In this document: piece by piece, positions 1 through 10,397 of the stretch | Position numbering within the stretch: position 1 is the first letter of the stretch | How the letters are laid out: each line of letters starts with the position of its first letter | DNA from: an uncultured Spirochaetota bacterium | Lineage (GTDB): Bacteria; Spirochaetota; Brevinematia; Brevinematales; JAOACQ01 | Direction: 5' to 3' | DNA: 64,000 bases | Assembly: GCA_963768055.1 (NCBI GenBank) | Contig: CAVYGN010000002.1 | Location: forward strand, 1,664,001 to 1,728,000 | The notes under the pieces: model-generated | The model's database searches: none | Told to the model about the DNA's origin: nothing | What the model saw: only the letters and a program-made list of their open reading frames with translations | Translations under genes and position numbers: made by a program

Positions 1-597
1 ACAAAGGAACCATTGTCTATTAGGGAACTGGATTGGGTGTATTTTTATTATTAATCCATAATTATACTTTGAATCATCGCGCATAATATCAATAGTTTCA
101 CCACTGATTTTTGATTTAATATCATCGCCATCAAAGGTAATTAACTCGCAAGCATCATTCTCTAAAATATCTTCGGATTTAAAATTACCGGCCGGTCCCC
201 TAAGAGTTATAAATGAGATATCAACTTTTGATTTTATCTCATAATCATTAGTAATTTTAGGCGTTTTTTTTATATGCTTACTAAAACTTTCTACCAGGTA
301 TTTAGTAGCTCTTAACTCGGCTGCACTTACAGGGGTTATATTAAATCCTATTGAGTTATCTCGATCAATTTTAATAATTGGATAAGGTACAGATTCTCCT
401 TTCGAATTAAACAAATCATCTCTTAATTTAAATTCTCCATATACTAAGTAATAATCATTAAAAGGTAATTTCACCCCAAAAAAATTTTTATACTTCCTTT
501 TTACCCAATTATCCTTAATCAGATAAATAAACGCAACACAAGGAATAGTAAGAATACCACCAATAATATTAAATAATATATTTATTATTCCATCCAT
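1..597 (-). CDS. Hypothetical protein with N-terminal TM helix (runs off window)
   Basis: Hand-translated ATG at 597 (MDGIINILFNIIGGILTIPCVAFIYL...) with AAGGAG just upstream; the portions translated are open and no stop was seen before the window edge. Confidence 0.7.
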   Translation of the reverse strand, partial: MDGIINILFNIIGGILTIPCVAFIYLIKDNWVKRKYKNFFGVKLPFNDYYLVYGEFKLRDDLFNSKGESVPYPIIKIDRDNSIGFNITPVSAAELRATKYLVESFSKHIKKTPKITNDYEIKSKVDISFITLRGPAGNFKSEDILENDACELITFDGDDIKSKISGETIDIMRDDSKYNYGLIIKIHPIQFPNRQWFLC

Positions 598-609
598 TAC
601 TGGCTCCTT

Positions 610-912
610 TTATTTTATATACCTTGTCCCGGAGGAAAAAAGCCGGTTATTCCTGGTCCTTACAGTCTGCCGATCGATCCTGTAACCGTGGCGCTCCATA
701 ACCTCGCGAGCATACTTGCCGATTTGCTGTTTTATAGGATCTTCTTTAACTTCGTTCCCGTATTTTGATAAAAGGGTTTCGGTGAGGCCCTCGACGGCTA
801 CGAGCCGACTGAGTGTAGAAGATTCCATAAGTTTAAAAGCTTCTGACGAGTTGATAAATTTTGATAATTCATGTAGCAGAGTTTCTCTTTCCATTTCCAA
901 CCTCATTATCAC
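610..912 (-). CDS. Small hypothetical protein, possibly an autoregulatory DNA-binding protein
   Basis: 100-aa ORF directly under a consensus-like promoter; basic C-terminal motif IKQQIGKYAREVMERHGY...FSSGTRY. Confidence 0.6.
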   Translation of the reverse strand: MIMRLEMERETLLHELSKFINSSEAFKLMESSTLSRLVAVEGLTETLLSKYGNEVKEDPIKQQIGKYAREVMERHGYRIDRQTVRTRNNRLFSSGTRYIK

Positions 913-947
913 ATGTTTATTATGACATGTATTATGTTACATGTCAA
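911..947 (-). promoter_or_regulatory. Sigma70-type promoter overlapped by three ACATGT boxes
   Basis: Minus strand TTGACA(947-942)-N17-CATAAT(924-919); ACATGT at 911, 925 and 939 (14-bp period). Confidence 0.7.
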
Positions 948-1974
948 TACTTTTAAAATTATATTTATTTTAAATTTAAGCATTTATTTGTCTTTCCTCT
1001 TAATTTGATCCGGATGATGCATCGATTCGCCGATCGCAGCGACCGCCGTAAAATAGCAGTTTATTCGGGGAAACATTTGATTTTTAAGGGTTATTATAAA
1101 ATAGGTCTCAAAATCCTCAACGTGAGGCCTTCCGCTGACCCCCGGTGAGGGGGGGTTATCCATCCGGATAATCCAGAGCCTGGCCGCTGGCTGTAGCCTG
1201 GCAAGAACCAGGTCGGCCAGGCTGAGGAACTGGGGGAAAAACACGTTAGACGAAAGGTTTGCAAATTATTGATTGGATTCATATAATTTTGTTAATTGGA
1301 TTGTATAATACCAATGAGAAAAAGGGAATAGAAAGGCAGAAGCGGTTTTTGAACCTGCCGCCGGATTCCCCCGAGTGCATGGCGGTCAGGGAAGAGGCGG
1401 AGAAGTCACTGAGGGAAGCCAGGGAGAAGATGGAGAAGGGGGAGGAGTTGTTTTAGGTGTATAAAATAATGAAGGAGAGTAATTTTGGATAAAATACTAC
1501 AGACAGAAAAAAAAGTTTGGTTTAAAAAGAATTTGCTTGGAATAGTCGGTATAATAGGTACTATACTATTTGGCATTTTGTCTGTAATATTTTATTCAGA
1601 AAGTATTAAAAACAGAGAATTAATATTTGTTTACGATATCGATAAAACCATTTTATTTAATTCAAAAATTATAAGTATGGCACCTATAAAATTAATAAAT
1701 AAAAATGATAATAAAGAAATAAGTAGTGATTTAATTATTGTTAAATTTTATATGTGGAATGGCGGAAAAGAATCTATAAAAACTGAAAATATATTAAAAG
1801 ATGTAACGATAAATATTGATGATAATAAATCTGAGATTTTAGACTTTAATCTATTATCGTTTACACGAGATGAATGTAATATCCAGTTAATTAAAAAAGA
1901 TAAGAACTCTTTATTAATTATATGCCTATCCCCTTGTTGCATAAATTCCTTTACTCTTGAGTAAGGGTATATTT

Positions 1975-2820
1975 CTAATTTATCCAAATTTTATAATCAA
2001 TCATTGGAAATACCCTTTTGATATTAGCCAGCGCAATTAATCTTCCTACAGATGTTAAATTTAATCCCATATAACCATGTTTGATAAAATTGTTGATTAA
2101 AAAATAGTAAGAAGGTGCTTTATTTTTAATATCTTCTAAAATCACATCATTCGCAATATTATTATAAAATCCATAATTCGATCTTATTATACTGTAAATA
2201 TCTTTTTTAATAATTGATTGAACAATTAATACACCGATATAAGTTAAATGCAAAATATTGACTTCAGATATATCAAAAGATATTTTTGATAATTCAATAA
2301 TATTCTTACTGGCTTCTTCAGTTTGAGAAATATCTTCAATATTCTGCAATACAATATAATTGATATAATGCAAGAATGTAAGAAATGCAATATGTTCTTT
2401 TGTGAGTTTTGATGTAACAATTAAGGCTTCACCGGCCACTGTTTCTAAAATATCCGAAGTTGATTTATTCACTATTGTTATTATTAGTTCTGATAATATT
2501 TCTAAATCTATTTTTTCTCCTTTTCTAGCGGATAGTTTAATAGACTCATTTAATAAAAATTGTATATTTGGATCTTGAAATTTCTTTTCATCTATTTGAT
2601 CAGAAGAACTTTTCATTTTTTCTATTAAAATATTAACATATTTTTCGAGATTAATTTGAGCTTCTTTTGATGCCTCTTGGACAAGCTGAGGAAAATTCAT
2701 CTTAAATAAATCATAAAATATTTCTCTGACCTGAGAATAGTTTAAACCGATATTGACATCTCTCTTTGCTTGAATAACTTCAGAAGAATCACCTACTGTT
2801 AACTTTTGTTCACTCCTCAT
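1975..2820 (-). CDS. LPO_1073/Vpar_1526-like hypothetical protein (transposon cargo)
   Basis: N-terminus GDSSEVIQAKRDVNIGLNYSQVREIFYDLFKMNFPQL and C-terminal LTSVGRLIALANI resemble that family. Confidence 0.6.
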   Translation of the reverse strand: MRSEQKLTVGDSSEVIQAKRDVNIGLNYSQVREIFYDLFKMNFPQLVQEASKEAQINLEKYVNILIEKMKSSSDQIDEKKFQDPNIQFLLNESIKLSARKGEKIDLEILSELIITIVNKSTSDILETVAGEALIVTSKLTKEHIAFLTFLHYINYIVLQNIEDISQTEEASKNIIELSKISFDISEVNILHLTYIGVLIVQSIIKKDIYSIIRSNYGFYNNIANDVILEDIKNKAPSYYFLINNFIKHGYMGLNLTSVGRLIALANIKRVFPMIDYKIWIN

Positions 2821-2822
2821 AT

Positions 2823-3014
2823 TTATTTGCGCCCTTTATTAATATTAACATTACGTCCAGCCTGGATAGCTGTTGAATTATTTCCAACAGTTTGAATTTG
2901 AGATTTTTTCATTATCTTCTTGTAAAGTAACAAGCCAATAATAAAAACACCTATACCTGAAAAAAACCATTGATAGTTTTGCTTAAGAATTTTAATAATA
3001 ATATCCATATCCAA
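2823..3014 (-). CDS. Small single-TM protein (WFFSGIG motif)
   Basis: 63 aa; TM segment followed by QTVGNNSTAIQAGRNVNI; 2 bp from the next gene. Confidence 0.65.
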   Translation of the reverse strand: MDMDIIIKILKQNYQWFFSGIGVFIIGLLLYKKIMKKSQIQTVGNNSTAIQAGRNVNINKGRK

Positions 3015-3076
3015 ACCCCGTGAATTTATTAATCATTTATAAATTCCTATGAATGAATTTAACTATACAAAAGATT

Positions 3077-5701
3077 TTATTCATCTCCTTGAATATCTTC
3101 ATCGATCTCTGTTCCTGGCCATTCTAGTCCAAAAATCGGTGAATTTAAAATTGGCTTTCTGTCTTTTTCACTTCCTATTTTATTCCAAGCTTTAAGAGAT
3201 TCGACTTGAAAATTAAACCATATTTTTACATTATTAGTTGTTTCAATTGCTTTTATTTGATCAAATGGTAGTAAAACATTAGAGATTTGATCGTCAGTTA
3301 ATTTTCCATAACTTGTGCCACCTGATTCGGTCCAGAATTGTAGGCGAATTGTCTCTGATCTTAGTGTGGCAAATAGCCATTCAGAAGTATATCTTTTGTT
3401 ACTATCTTTCTTAAGCCTAACTATAGTGATACCATCAGGCGACCCTATAAGGTTTTCTGATTCAGAAATAAGTATCCCAACATTCCGGCGTTCAGGTCTT
3501 ACTAGTCCAATAATGATGTCACCAAATACCAATTTATAAACATACCGCCCTTTTCGCTCTTCAATAATCCAACCATGCGCTGCTTCTTGCGCTACCACAA
3601 CACCATCAACAGCACGAATATCTTGTCCTTCAACAAGTTGCCACATATTTGATTTCAATTTTTGGTCCCCAATATCTAAAGTGTCTGTTAGTATATCAGC
3701 AATATCGCCCAGTCTTATGTGATCACCAGCTTTAATAAGATTAATATTAGACAATGCATTTGGGCACAATCTTCGAGGTTTAATATCTAAATTATTATGA
3801 AAAATAACATTAGAAATTCTGCCACCAATCCATCCTTTTTTACAAGCGGCAACTTGATCACTTATATTATTGCCAAATTTAAAATATTTAGCAAATTCAG
3901 AATTTCTTTGTTTAACATTAATGAAATCAGTATCTATTACAATGTTGTTATCATCATCTAGTAAAAATGAACCTGTACTTTTTTCTCTCTTCGGCAGTTT
4001 ACTAAATCCAGCCCCCATTTTGTAACCAACTTTTCGAACAAGCTCAGCATGAATGGGGTAGTCGGCTTTAATTAATTTCTTTATGTCATTGGAAGAATAT
4101 TTTTCAAGGACAAGAATAGCAGAACGCAAATCAGCATCAGATTTTAGAAATATTCTCCTCGGTAGTTCAATTAAAGATATAATACGAACATTTTCTATTA
4201 ACCACTGGCGAACATATCCATACGAAGTTGTACTAAGATACCCTTCTGGTAAAATGATTGCCATACGTCCACCATAGCTTAATAATTTCAAACATCTTTC
4301 TAAAAATAATATACCAAGCTGTTGTTTTTGATGCACTTTATCTGTCTTTTCCCATTTTGATTTTGTATAATTCCAAACATGACCAAGATCATAATGTTGT
4401 AATACTTCAACTCTATTCTCAACACTATTTTCTCCAAAAGGCGGATTACATAATGCAACATCTATTTCTTCATTCCATTTTTCAGACTCTTTAATTGAAT
4501 CTTCACACAATAATCCTGTTTGTCCATCTTTATGGAGTATCATATTTATTATAGCAAGATCATAAGCCATGGGGTCAATATCCATACCGAACAAACGTTT
4601 GTCTATGTCTTGATCACCTTCTGCCAGTCTATAATTTAAGGCGGCCGTAAGAAAGTCAGCAGTTCCCATTCCAGGATCAGCAATCTTATCGTTAGGACCA
4701 ATACGAACCATGCTAATGATACAATCAATAAGACTTTTCGGGGTAAAATATTGATCTAGATTTTTTTTAAAAACTACTGGGACAAAAGACATGAATAATT
4801 GTTGCATCATTTCACTTGTTGCAAGACTAAAATGAATACCTTGAATTTTCTTGATAATATCTCTTAGAGTAAGATCATCAAGTTCGGATATAAAGCCATG
4901 AGAATATAGGGTTTTAGCATTGGAATAACGTTTTGCGGAAATATTATAAATGTTATCAACTCTTTTACGAAAATCTTTATCAGCTCCAGGTCTAACCTGA
5001 AGAGATAATTCTTTCCCTTTCGCAGTTTTAGCTTGCCTTTCATCGCAGTATCTAGCTAAAATTAATTTAACGGTTTCTTTATACCTTATAGTTTCATCAT
5101 TAACACCATGTGAACGCATAATATTTGCAAGGGAGGTTAATACAGCTATAAGATTATCGGGGGATATCAATTGGTCAAATGTTATTGGACGTTCTTTGTA
5201 TGGAGACAAAAACTCAGGAAGATTCGATATATCATCTTCAATAATATCAATATTTCCATTATTTGTCTTTTTTATAAACAAAATTCTATTAACATCGTCC
5301 CAGTAAATACCATATGCAGATAAAGATGGTAATTGATTTAATGCGGGTATCAATTGATGTTCAATACCAGTATATTTCTTACGGGAATCTCTCTTAATTT
5401 CTGCTACTAAAACAGCATATTTCAATCGTTCAGATAGTTCTTTAATACCTTCAATTTCATTTACAGGTTTTGAATAAACAATAAGATCACAGCGCAATTT
5501 ATTACGTTGATTCTCACCCAACTTTTTAATTACAACTGTTTCAACAGCAATATGTTTTTTTAAGTATTTTCTTTTTATCAAATATTTTATTAACTCTATT
5601 CGCCTTGCTTCTTCAGTAAGTGTCAATTCATCTTTTGCTAAAAGTGATTGGTCTAGCTGTCCTCTTATTGGACATTTAAGTTTAATATTTAATGTTTCCA
5701 C
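3077..5701 (-). CDS. Single-chain restriction-modification enzyme (HsdR_N-like nuclease + N6-adenine MTase + HsdS-like TRD; type IIG-like)
   Basis: N-terminal EEARR...RCDLIVY...VAEIK (PD-(D/E)xK); QYFTP, motif I DPGMGTADFL and motif IV NPPF; C-terminal GTSYGKLTDDQISNVLLP resembles a TRD end. Confidence 0.85.
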   Translation of the reverse strand: METLNIKLKCPIRGQLDQSLLAKDELTLTEEARRIELIKYLIKRKYLKKHIAVETVVIKKLGENQRNKLRCDLIVYSKPVNEIEGIKELSERLKYAVLVAEIKRDSRKKYTGIEHQLIPALNQLPSLSAYGIYWDDVNRILFIKKTNNGNIDIIEDDISNLPEFLSPYKERPITFDQLISPDNLIAVLTSLANIMRSHGVNDETIRYKETVKLILARYCDERQAKTAKGKELSLQVRPGADKDFRKRVDNIYNISAKRYSNAKTLYSHGFISELDDLTLRDIIKKIQGIHFSLATSEMMQQLFMSFVPVVFKKNLDQYFTPKSLIDCIISMVRIGPNDKIADPGMGTADFLTAALNYRLAEGDQDIDKRLFGMDIDPMAYDLAIINMILHKDGQTGLLCEDSIKESEKWNEEIDVALCNPPFGENSVENRVEVLQHYDLGHVWNYTKSKWEKTDKVHQKQQLGILFLERCLKLLSYGGRMAIILPEGYLSTTSYGYVRQWLIENVRIISLIELPRRIFLKSDADLRSAILVLEKYSSNDIKKLIKADYPIHAELVRKVGYKMGAGFSKLPKREKSTGSFLLDDDNNIVIDTDFINVKQRNSEFAKYFKFGNNISDQVAACKKGWIGGRISNVIFHNNLDIKPRRLCPNALSNINLIKAGDHIRLGDIADILTDTLDIGDQKLKSNMWQLVEGQDIRAVDGVVVAQEAAHGWIIEERKGRYVYKLVFGDIIIGLVRPERRNVGILISESENLIGSPDGITIVRLKKDSNKRYTSEWLFATLRSETIRLQFWTESGGTSYGKLTDDQISNVLLPFDQIKAIETTNNVKIWFNFQVESLKAWNKIGSEKDRKPILNSPIFGLEWPGTEIDEDIQGDE

Positions 5702-5731
5702 AGACAGACCACCTTAAATTATAAAAATAGC

Positions 5732-6598
5732 TTATTTACATAAATCTTTATAAGTAATGGTATTACAACATGCACAAGCTCCTAAAAGCCTGTTGAATAA
5801 TTGACCTTCCCAAAATCTTCTGTTGAATCTATAACAAAAAGCATCAAGATATCTTTGAAGATGTTCATCACAAGCTCCATGAAAGGTACCTTTAATATAT
5901 GCTTTAGCGTTAGAAATTATTATATGTACCCATTTCATTATGTAATCAACAGTCTCATGATTATAACCTATTGATGACAAATTGTTAAATGAACGATACC
6001 CATCTGTTTTTAAAATTGATTCTAATTTTATGTTTGACAATATTTCCTTTGAAACTGTTTTTTCTTTTACATTATTGATAACATTCATTTTTGCAAATTC
6101 TGGTCTACCATCTTCAGTTGTAGATACTTGAACTAGAACTTTAGCTTTTTGAGACCCTCTACCTCTTTTATTGTCTTCGTCTTTTCCTCCGAAGAAAGCA
6201 TCGTCGATTTCAACGAGCCCGGCAAGCTGATAATTAGCATCCCTAGTTTTCATAGCATTTCTTATTTTATGTAACATTAACCATGCTGTTTTATACGTAA
6301 CTTTAATATGTTTTTTAAGCGGAAGCGCCGCGATTCCGCCTTTATCTCTTGAATCAAGATATATAGCCCAAAACCATTTTACAAGAGATGTTCTACTTTT
6401 ATGTATAATGGTTCCGGCTGTAACCGATGTTCTATGATGGCAAATTTTGCATTCATATTGTTTTCTGTTCTTAATCTCATAATATTCTTTATTTCCACAC
6501 TTTGGACAAATATATCCATCAGGCCACTTTTGTTTAAAGAGGTATTTTCGACATTTCTCTGCTGTATTAAACCTTTGTTGGAAAGTTAATAATGACAA
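5732..6598 (-). CDS. IS1595-family DDE transposase
   Basis: Zn ribbon CPKC...CKIC, SVTAGTIIH, YKTAWLMLHKIR, VEIDDAFFGG, TDG, HLQRYLDAFCYRFNRR. Confidence 0.95.
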   Translation of the reverse strand: MSLLTFQQRFNTAEKCRKYLFKQKWPDGYICPKCGNKEYYEIKNRKQYECKICHHRTSVTAGTIIHKSRTSLVKWFWAIYLDSRDKGGIAALPLKKHIKVTYKTAWLMLHKIRNAMKTRDANYQLAGLVEIDDAFFGGKDEDNKRGRGSQKAKVLVQVSTTEDGRPEFAKMNVINNVKEKTVSKEILSNIKLESILKTDGYRSFNNLSSIGYNHETVDYIMKWVHIIISNAKAYIKGTFHGACDEHLQRYLDAFCYRFNRRFWEGQLFNRLLGACACCNTITYKDLCK

Positions 6599-7496
6599 TT
6601 CTTCCTTTTGAGCCGTTTATTACTCCTTATTTCATTCGAATAATTGTATTAAATATATAGAATTATGTCAACAAATTATGCAATATGGGGATAGGCATAA
6701 TTAATTAAATTCCGTATACTAGAATTTAATGACGGGGCATCTTTTCAAGTTGTTTATCAAGGGAATCCCAACGCAAATATAAAAATAAATGGTTCAATTG
6801 AAGGACTAAAGAAAATATTAACAAATAATGAATTATTAAAAAGGGCGGCAACTAATGAATTAATTTTAATTATTGTTATATTTTTGGTAATATTTATTGT
6901 TTTCTTATTACTCCTTTTAATAGGTCCAAAAGAGCTCAAAAATCGGTTAACAATAATGATTGTTCCTCATTCTGAGAAAAAAATATTAAACATCCAAATA
7001 TCAAATTTGGTTCTAATCATGTTTTCTTTTACATTACTGATAACTATTGCTTTATCAATATATTCAATTATTGATACAAATAAATTAATACAGATGAGTA
7101 ATAAATACAAAAATACAATTCAAAATGAATTACCAAATATATTTATCTCAAAATAAGTAAAATAAAGACCTTGATATAAAATCTTGCCATGTTATTAACA
7201 TATTAAAAACGGTAGGGCAAGATTTTATTAAAAACATGCCTTAAAATGGTCAACGTGGGACTGTCTTTTTTCCCTCGTGGGGGGGATTCATTCGTCCGGA
7301 TGCTCCCCGCCGATCTGCCTGAAGCCTGGCGAGTTCCAGGGAGATATCTCCCTGGTTGGTGAACAGTCACACTGGTGCGGCATTTTCAAACCAGGCTGAG
7401 GAGTTGGTCGGGATCTTCCGGGCGGCAGTCGCCGGAATCCGGCGTGCTTGTCCCCGGTTAGTGGGGCTGATCTGCAGACTGTCGGAAAATAGAGCC

Positions 7497-8158
7497 AGTC
7501 ATGGTTATGCGTCAGTATCCTTTTTTGATCCAGCATACCTAAGTCCGCTGGGCGGAAGCAATGATATGGCACTGCTCGCATCGCCTTATTTTTCAGCAGA
7601 CGGTATGAATGAATACGGTATGATTGCAGCTGCACTTAGTCTTCCCCAGGAAGATTCTCCTTTTGATACAAACAAGATAACAATACATGCGCTTTTTGTT
7701 GTCCGCCTTGTCCTTGATTATGCCAAGACAGTCAACGAAGCGGTCGATTTGCTTAAAAAGTACAATATTTCATTCAATTCATTCAAAGATATATCTGTGG
7801 GAGCACATTATATTTTATCCGACAGGACTGGAAATTCTGTTATTATTGAATTTGTTAATCACGATATGAAAGTCATAAGAAGTAAAAAACCCTGGCAAGC
7901 CGTCACGAATTTCAAAATGTTCGGTTTTACAGATGATTCAAGCATGGATTGGCGGTACAAACAGTTTCTGACAAACTCTCGCCATTGAACGGGATTATTC
8001 CAACGGAAAATGCGATGAGTTTATTACATTCAGTCTCCCAGGGGGATCCTTTATCGAAATATGTTCATACTATGTGGTCCACTGTATATAATCAATCTAC
8101 CGGCGAAGTAAAGGTTGCCATAGATGAAAATTATGCGATATTAATACTTTTTATCTGA
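7497..8158 (+). pseudogene. Ntn/linear amide C-N hydrolase fragment, 5' truncated and frameshifted
   Basis: GYASVS...DGMNEYG...VRLVLDYAKTVNEAV...HYILSD...VTNF; frameshift near 7960 (DWRY / TVSDKL...TMWSTVYN); no catalytic N-terminus. Confidence 0.7.
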
Positions 8159-8571
8159 AAATGAAGCCATAAAAAGAGGTTTGCCTGTTAAAATGCGTTA
8201 TAGAATCCTCAGGCAGACCTTCAGGGCCTCAAAAACGCCCTCTATAAGCCTCTCTTTTCCTCTTTCATGGACTAATTTAGCTGACGGGGTATTTTCCGGG
8301 GTTTAGATTGTTTTTCTACTTTGCCCCTGGTGACAGCTTCGCTACCATAGGGCCAAAAAGAATGGATTTTACTGTTTTTCAGTCTGTCTTAAACTGGAAA
8401 GAGACGGAATTTATGTTGACTTGTCCTGATAAAGTTGATAAAATATTGGTAGAATGTATTGGAACTCGGATTTTTGGAGTTTCAATATGCTAAATGGGAA
8501 ATCCCGACTTAACAATTTGATCAAAGAATGGGTAACATACCATTTTGTGTCATTTGTAAAAGAGGTATCAT

Positions 8572-10347
8572 GTGATAGAGTTAAGAGAATGTTGTTTTAA
8601 AACAATTCCAGAAAATGGCAAGAGATTAATTTGGGAAATTACTCATGAATGTAAATTTAATTGTGATTACTGTTTTCAAGAAAAAAAAAGAAAAGATAAT
8701 TTACAAAGAGTTTTAAATATGACTGACTTATTTGCAATCTGTAATAAATTAAAAGAACTAGAAATAAATGATGTATTATTAACTGGCGGTGAAATATTCT
8801 TTAGTAAAGATATTTTAAATGAGTTATGTTCCAATTTAAAGGAGCAAAATATTACTTTATCTTTCTCAACTGCATTTATTTCTAAGAAAGACTTTATCAA
8901 TCAGTTATTTTCTTACAAACCTAAATCATTAAATATTAGCTTTGATCCAGAATATATTGGAGGCACAAAACTTTATAAAAATAATTTAAAAGATGTTGAA
9001 TATATACTTCAAATGGCAGAATTGAATGACATTTCAATAAAGATAACAGGAATAATTAATAAAGGTAATTTTAAAAATTATGATAATTATGTTAAAGATA
9101 TAACTATTCTTATTGATAAGTATAAATATTTATCTTCTGTATATCTTACAAATCCTTATGATATTGGATATTTGAAAATGAGTTTACGTGTTAGTTATGA
9201 TAAACAAAAAAAGATATATGATGATGTTATTAAATTAGAGAATAATAAAATAAAATTAGTTAATTTCCCAAGATTCAATAGTAGATTACAAAAATGTCAA
9301 GCTGCAAAATATTATATTCATATGGAACCTAATGGTAATATTTATCCTTGTCACTTGTTTGCAAACTATAATAAGGATGTTTTTTTTATGGGTAATATAC
9401 TAAATGATTCTATTAAAGATATTGCTACAAATTTAAACATGTTTCAAAATCAAATTGATGATTCAATAAATGATTATAAAAAAGAATTTCCAGAATGTAT
9501 AGAATGTAAATCTAAAGCTGATTGTTATGGAGGATGCCTTGCTGAAGTAATTTCAATTGGACAATTAATAGAACCACAATTTGTGTGTAAGAATATACCT
9601 TACCCTAAAAATGAATACTATAAACCTCCAGAAGAAAATTTCTTAAATTTTCAAGATACTCCTTCTGATTTATTACAAAGTGAGCTTTCTATTATTGATG
9701 AATATATAAGGAGTAATATTAGAAAACAGCAGCATGACCTCGCACATGGCTATGACCATATAAAAAGTGTAGTAAAATTGTCTCGTTTTTTAGCACAAGA
9801 AGAAGGAGCTAATCTTAGAATAGTAACAGCTGCAGCATATTTTCATGATTTTGCTCCAAGACGTAAATTGATTTTTGAAAGTCACACAAAACTATCCGCT
9901 AATTTAGCAGTAGATTTTTTAAAAAGAAAAGGATTTAATGACAATGAATTAAAAGAAATATATTTATGTATTGATACTTCATCTTATGGAGCGTCGGAAC
10001 TTGGATTTTATCCGATGAGCTTAGAAGCAAAAATAGTTAGGGATGCAGATTGGTTAGATGCTATTGGTGCAAGAGGGATTGCCCGTGTTTTTGCATTTGG
10101 AGCAGCACATGGATGTGAAACCTTAGGTGAAGTAGAATGGGATATTGATGAACCAATAAAAAAGCGAATGAGTATGGTAGGTCCAGACCCATCACCCATA
10201 TATCATTTTTTTTCAAAATTATTATGGATTAAAGATAATATTATTACTGAATCAGGTAAAAAAATAGCAGAAATTCGACATAAACGATTGTGTGAATTTT
10301 TAAAAAATTATCAAAATGAGATGGATGAAAATAGTTTTATGATATAA
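8572..10347 (+). CDS. Radical SAM-SPASM protein fused to an HD phosphohydrolase domain
   Basis: CKFNCDYC and TGGE; SPASM C...GNIYPC...CIEC..CYGGC; C-terminal AHGYDH...YFHD...RDADWLDAIGARGIARVF (YedJ-like HD). Confidence 0.88.
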   Translation: MIELRECCFKTIPENGKRLIWEITHECKFNCDYCFQEKKRKDNLQRVLNMTDLFAICNKLKELEINDVLLTGGEIFFSKDILNELCSNLKEQNITLSFSTAFISKKDFINQLFSYKPKSLNISFDPEYIGGTKLYKNNLKDVEYILQMAELNDISIKITGIINKGNFKNYDNYVKDITILIDKYKYLSSVYLTNPYDIGYLKMSLRVSYDKQKKIYDDVIKLENNKIKLVNFPRFNSRLQKCQAAKYYIHMEPNGNIYPCHLFANYNKDVFFMGNILNDSIKDIATNLNMFQNQIDDSINDYKKEFPECIECKSKADCYGGCLAEVISIGQLIEPQFVCKNIPYPKNEYYKPPEENFLNFQDTPSDLLQSELSIIDEYIRSNIRKQQHDLAHGYDHIKSVVKLSRFLAQEEGANLRIVTAAAYFHDFAPRRKLIFESHTKLSANLAVDFLKRKGFNDNELKEIYLCIDTSSYGASELGFYPMSLEAKIVRDADWLDAIGARGIARVFAFGAAHGCETLGEVEWDIDEPIKKRMSMVGPDPSPIYHFFSKLLWIKDNIITESGKKIAEIRHKRLCEFLKNYQNEMDENSFMI

Positions 10348-10397
10348 GTGATTTTAGTTTTTGAAGTTTTCTTTGCATTAAAAGTTATATAAATTTA

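Larger units (their letters stand above)
1921..6699 (-). mobile_element. IS1595-family transporter IS carrying passenger genes
   Basis: TIRs 1921-1944 (TATGCCTATCCCCTTGTTGCATAA) and 6676-6699 match at 22/24; 8-bp TSD ATTAATTA at 1913-1920 and 6700-6707; IS1595 transposase inside. Confidence 0.92.
1485..7156 (+). pseudogene. Membrane protein gene split by a transposon (1485-1920 + 6708-7156, 294 aa reconstructed)
   Basis: Removing 1921-6699 and one ATTAATTA copy restores the frame: ...KDKNSLLI|KFRILEFNDGASFQVVYQG..., continuous with ORF 6884..7156. Confidence 0.85.
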
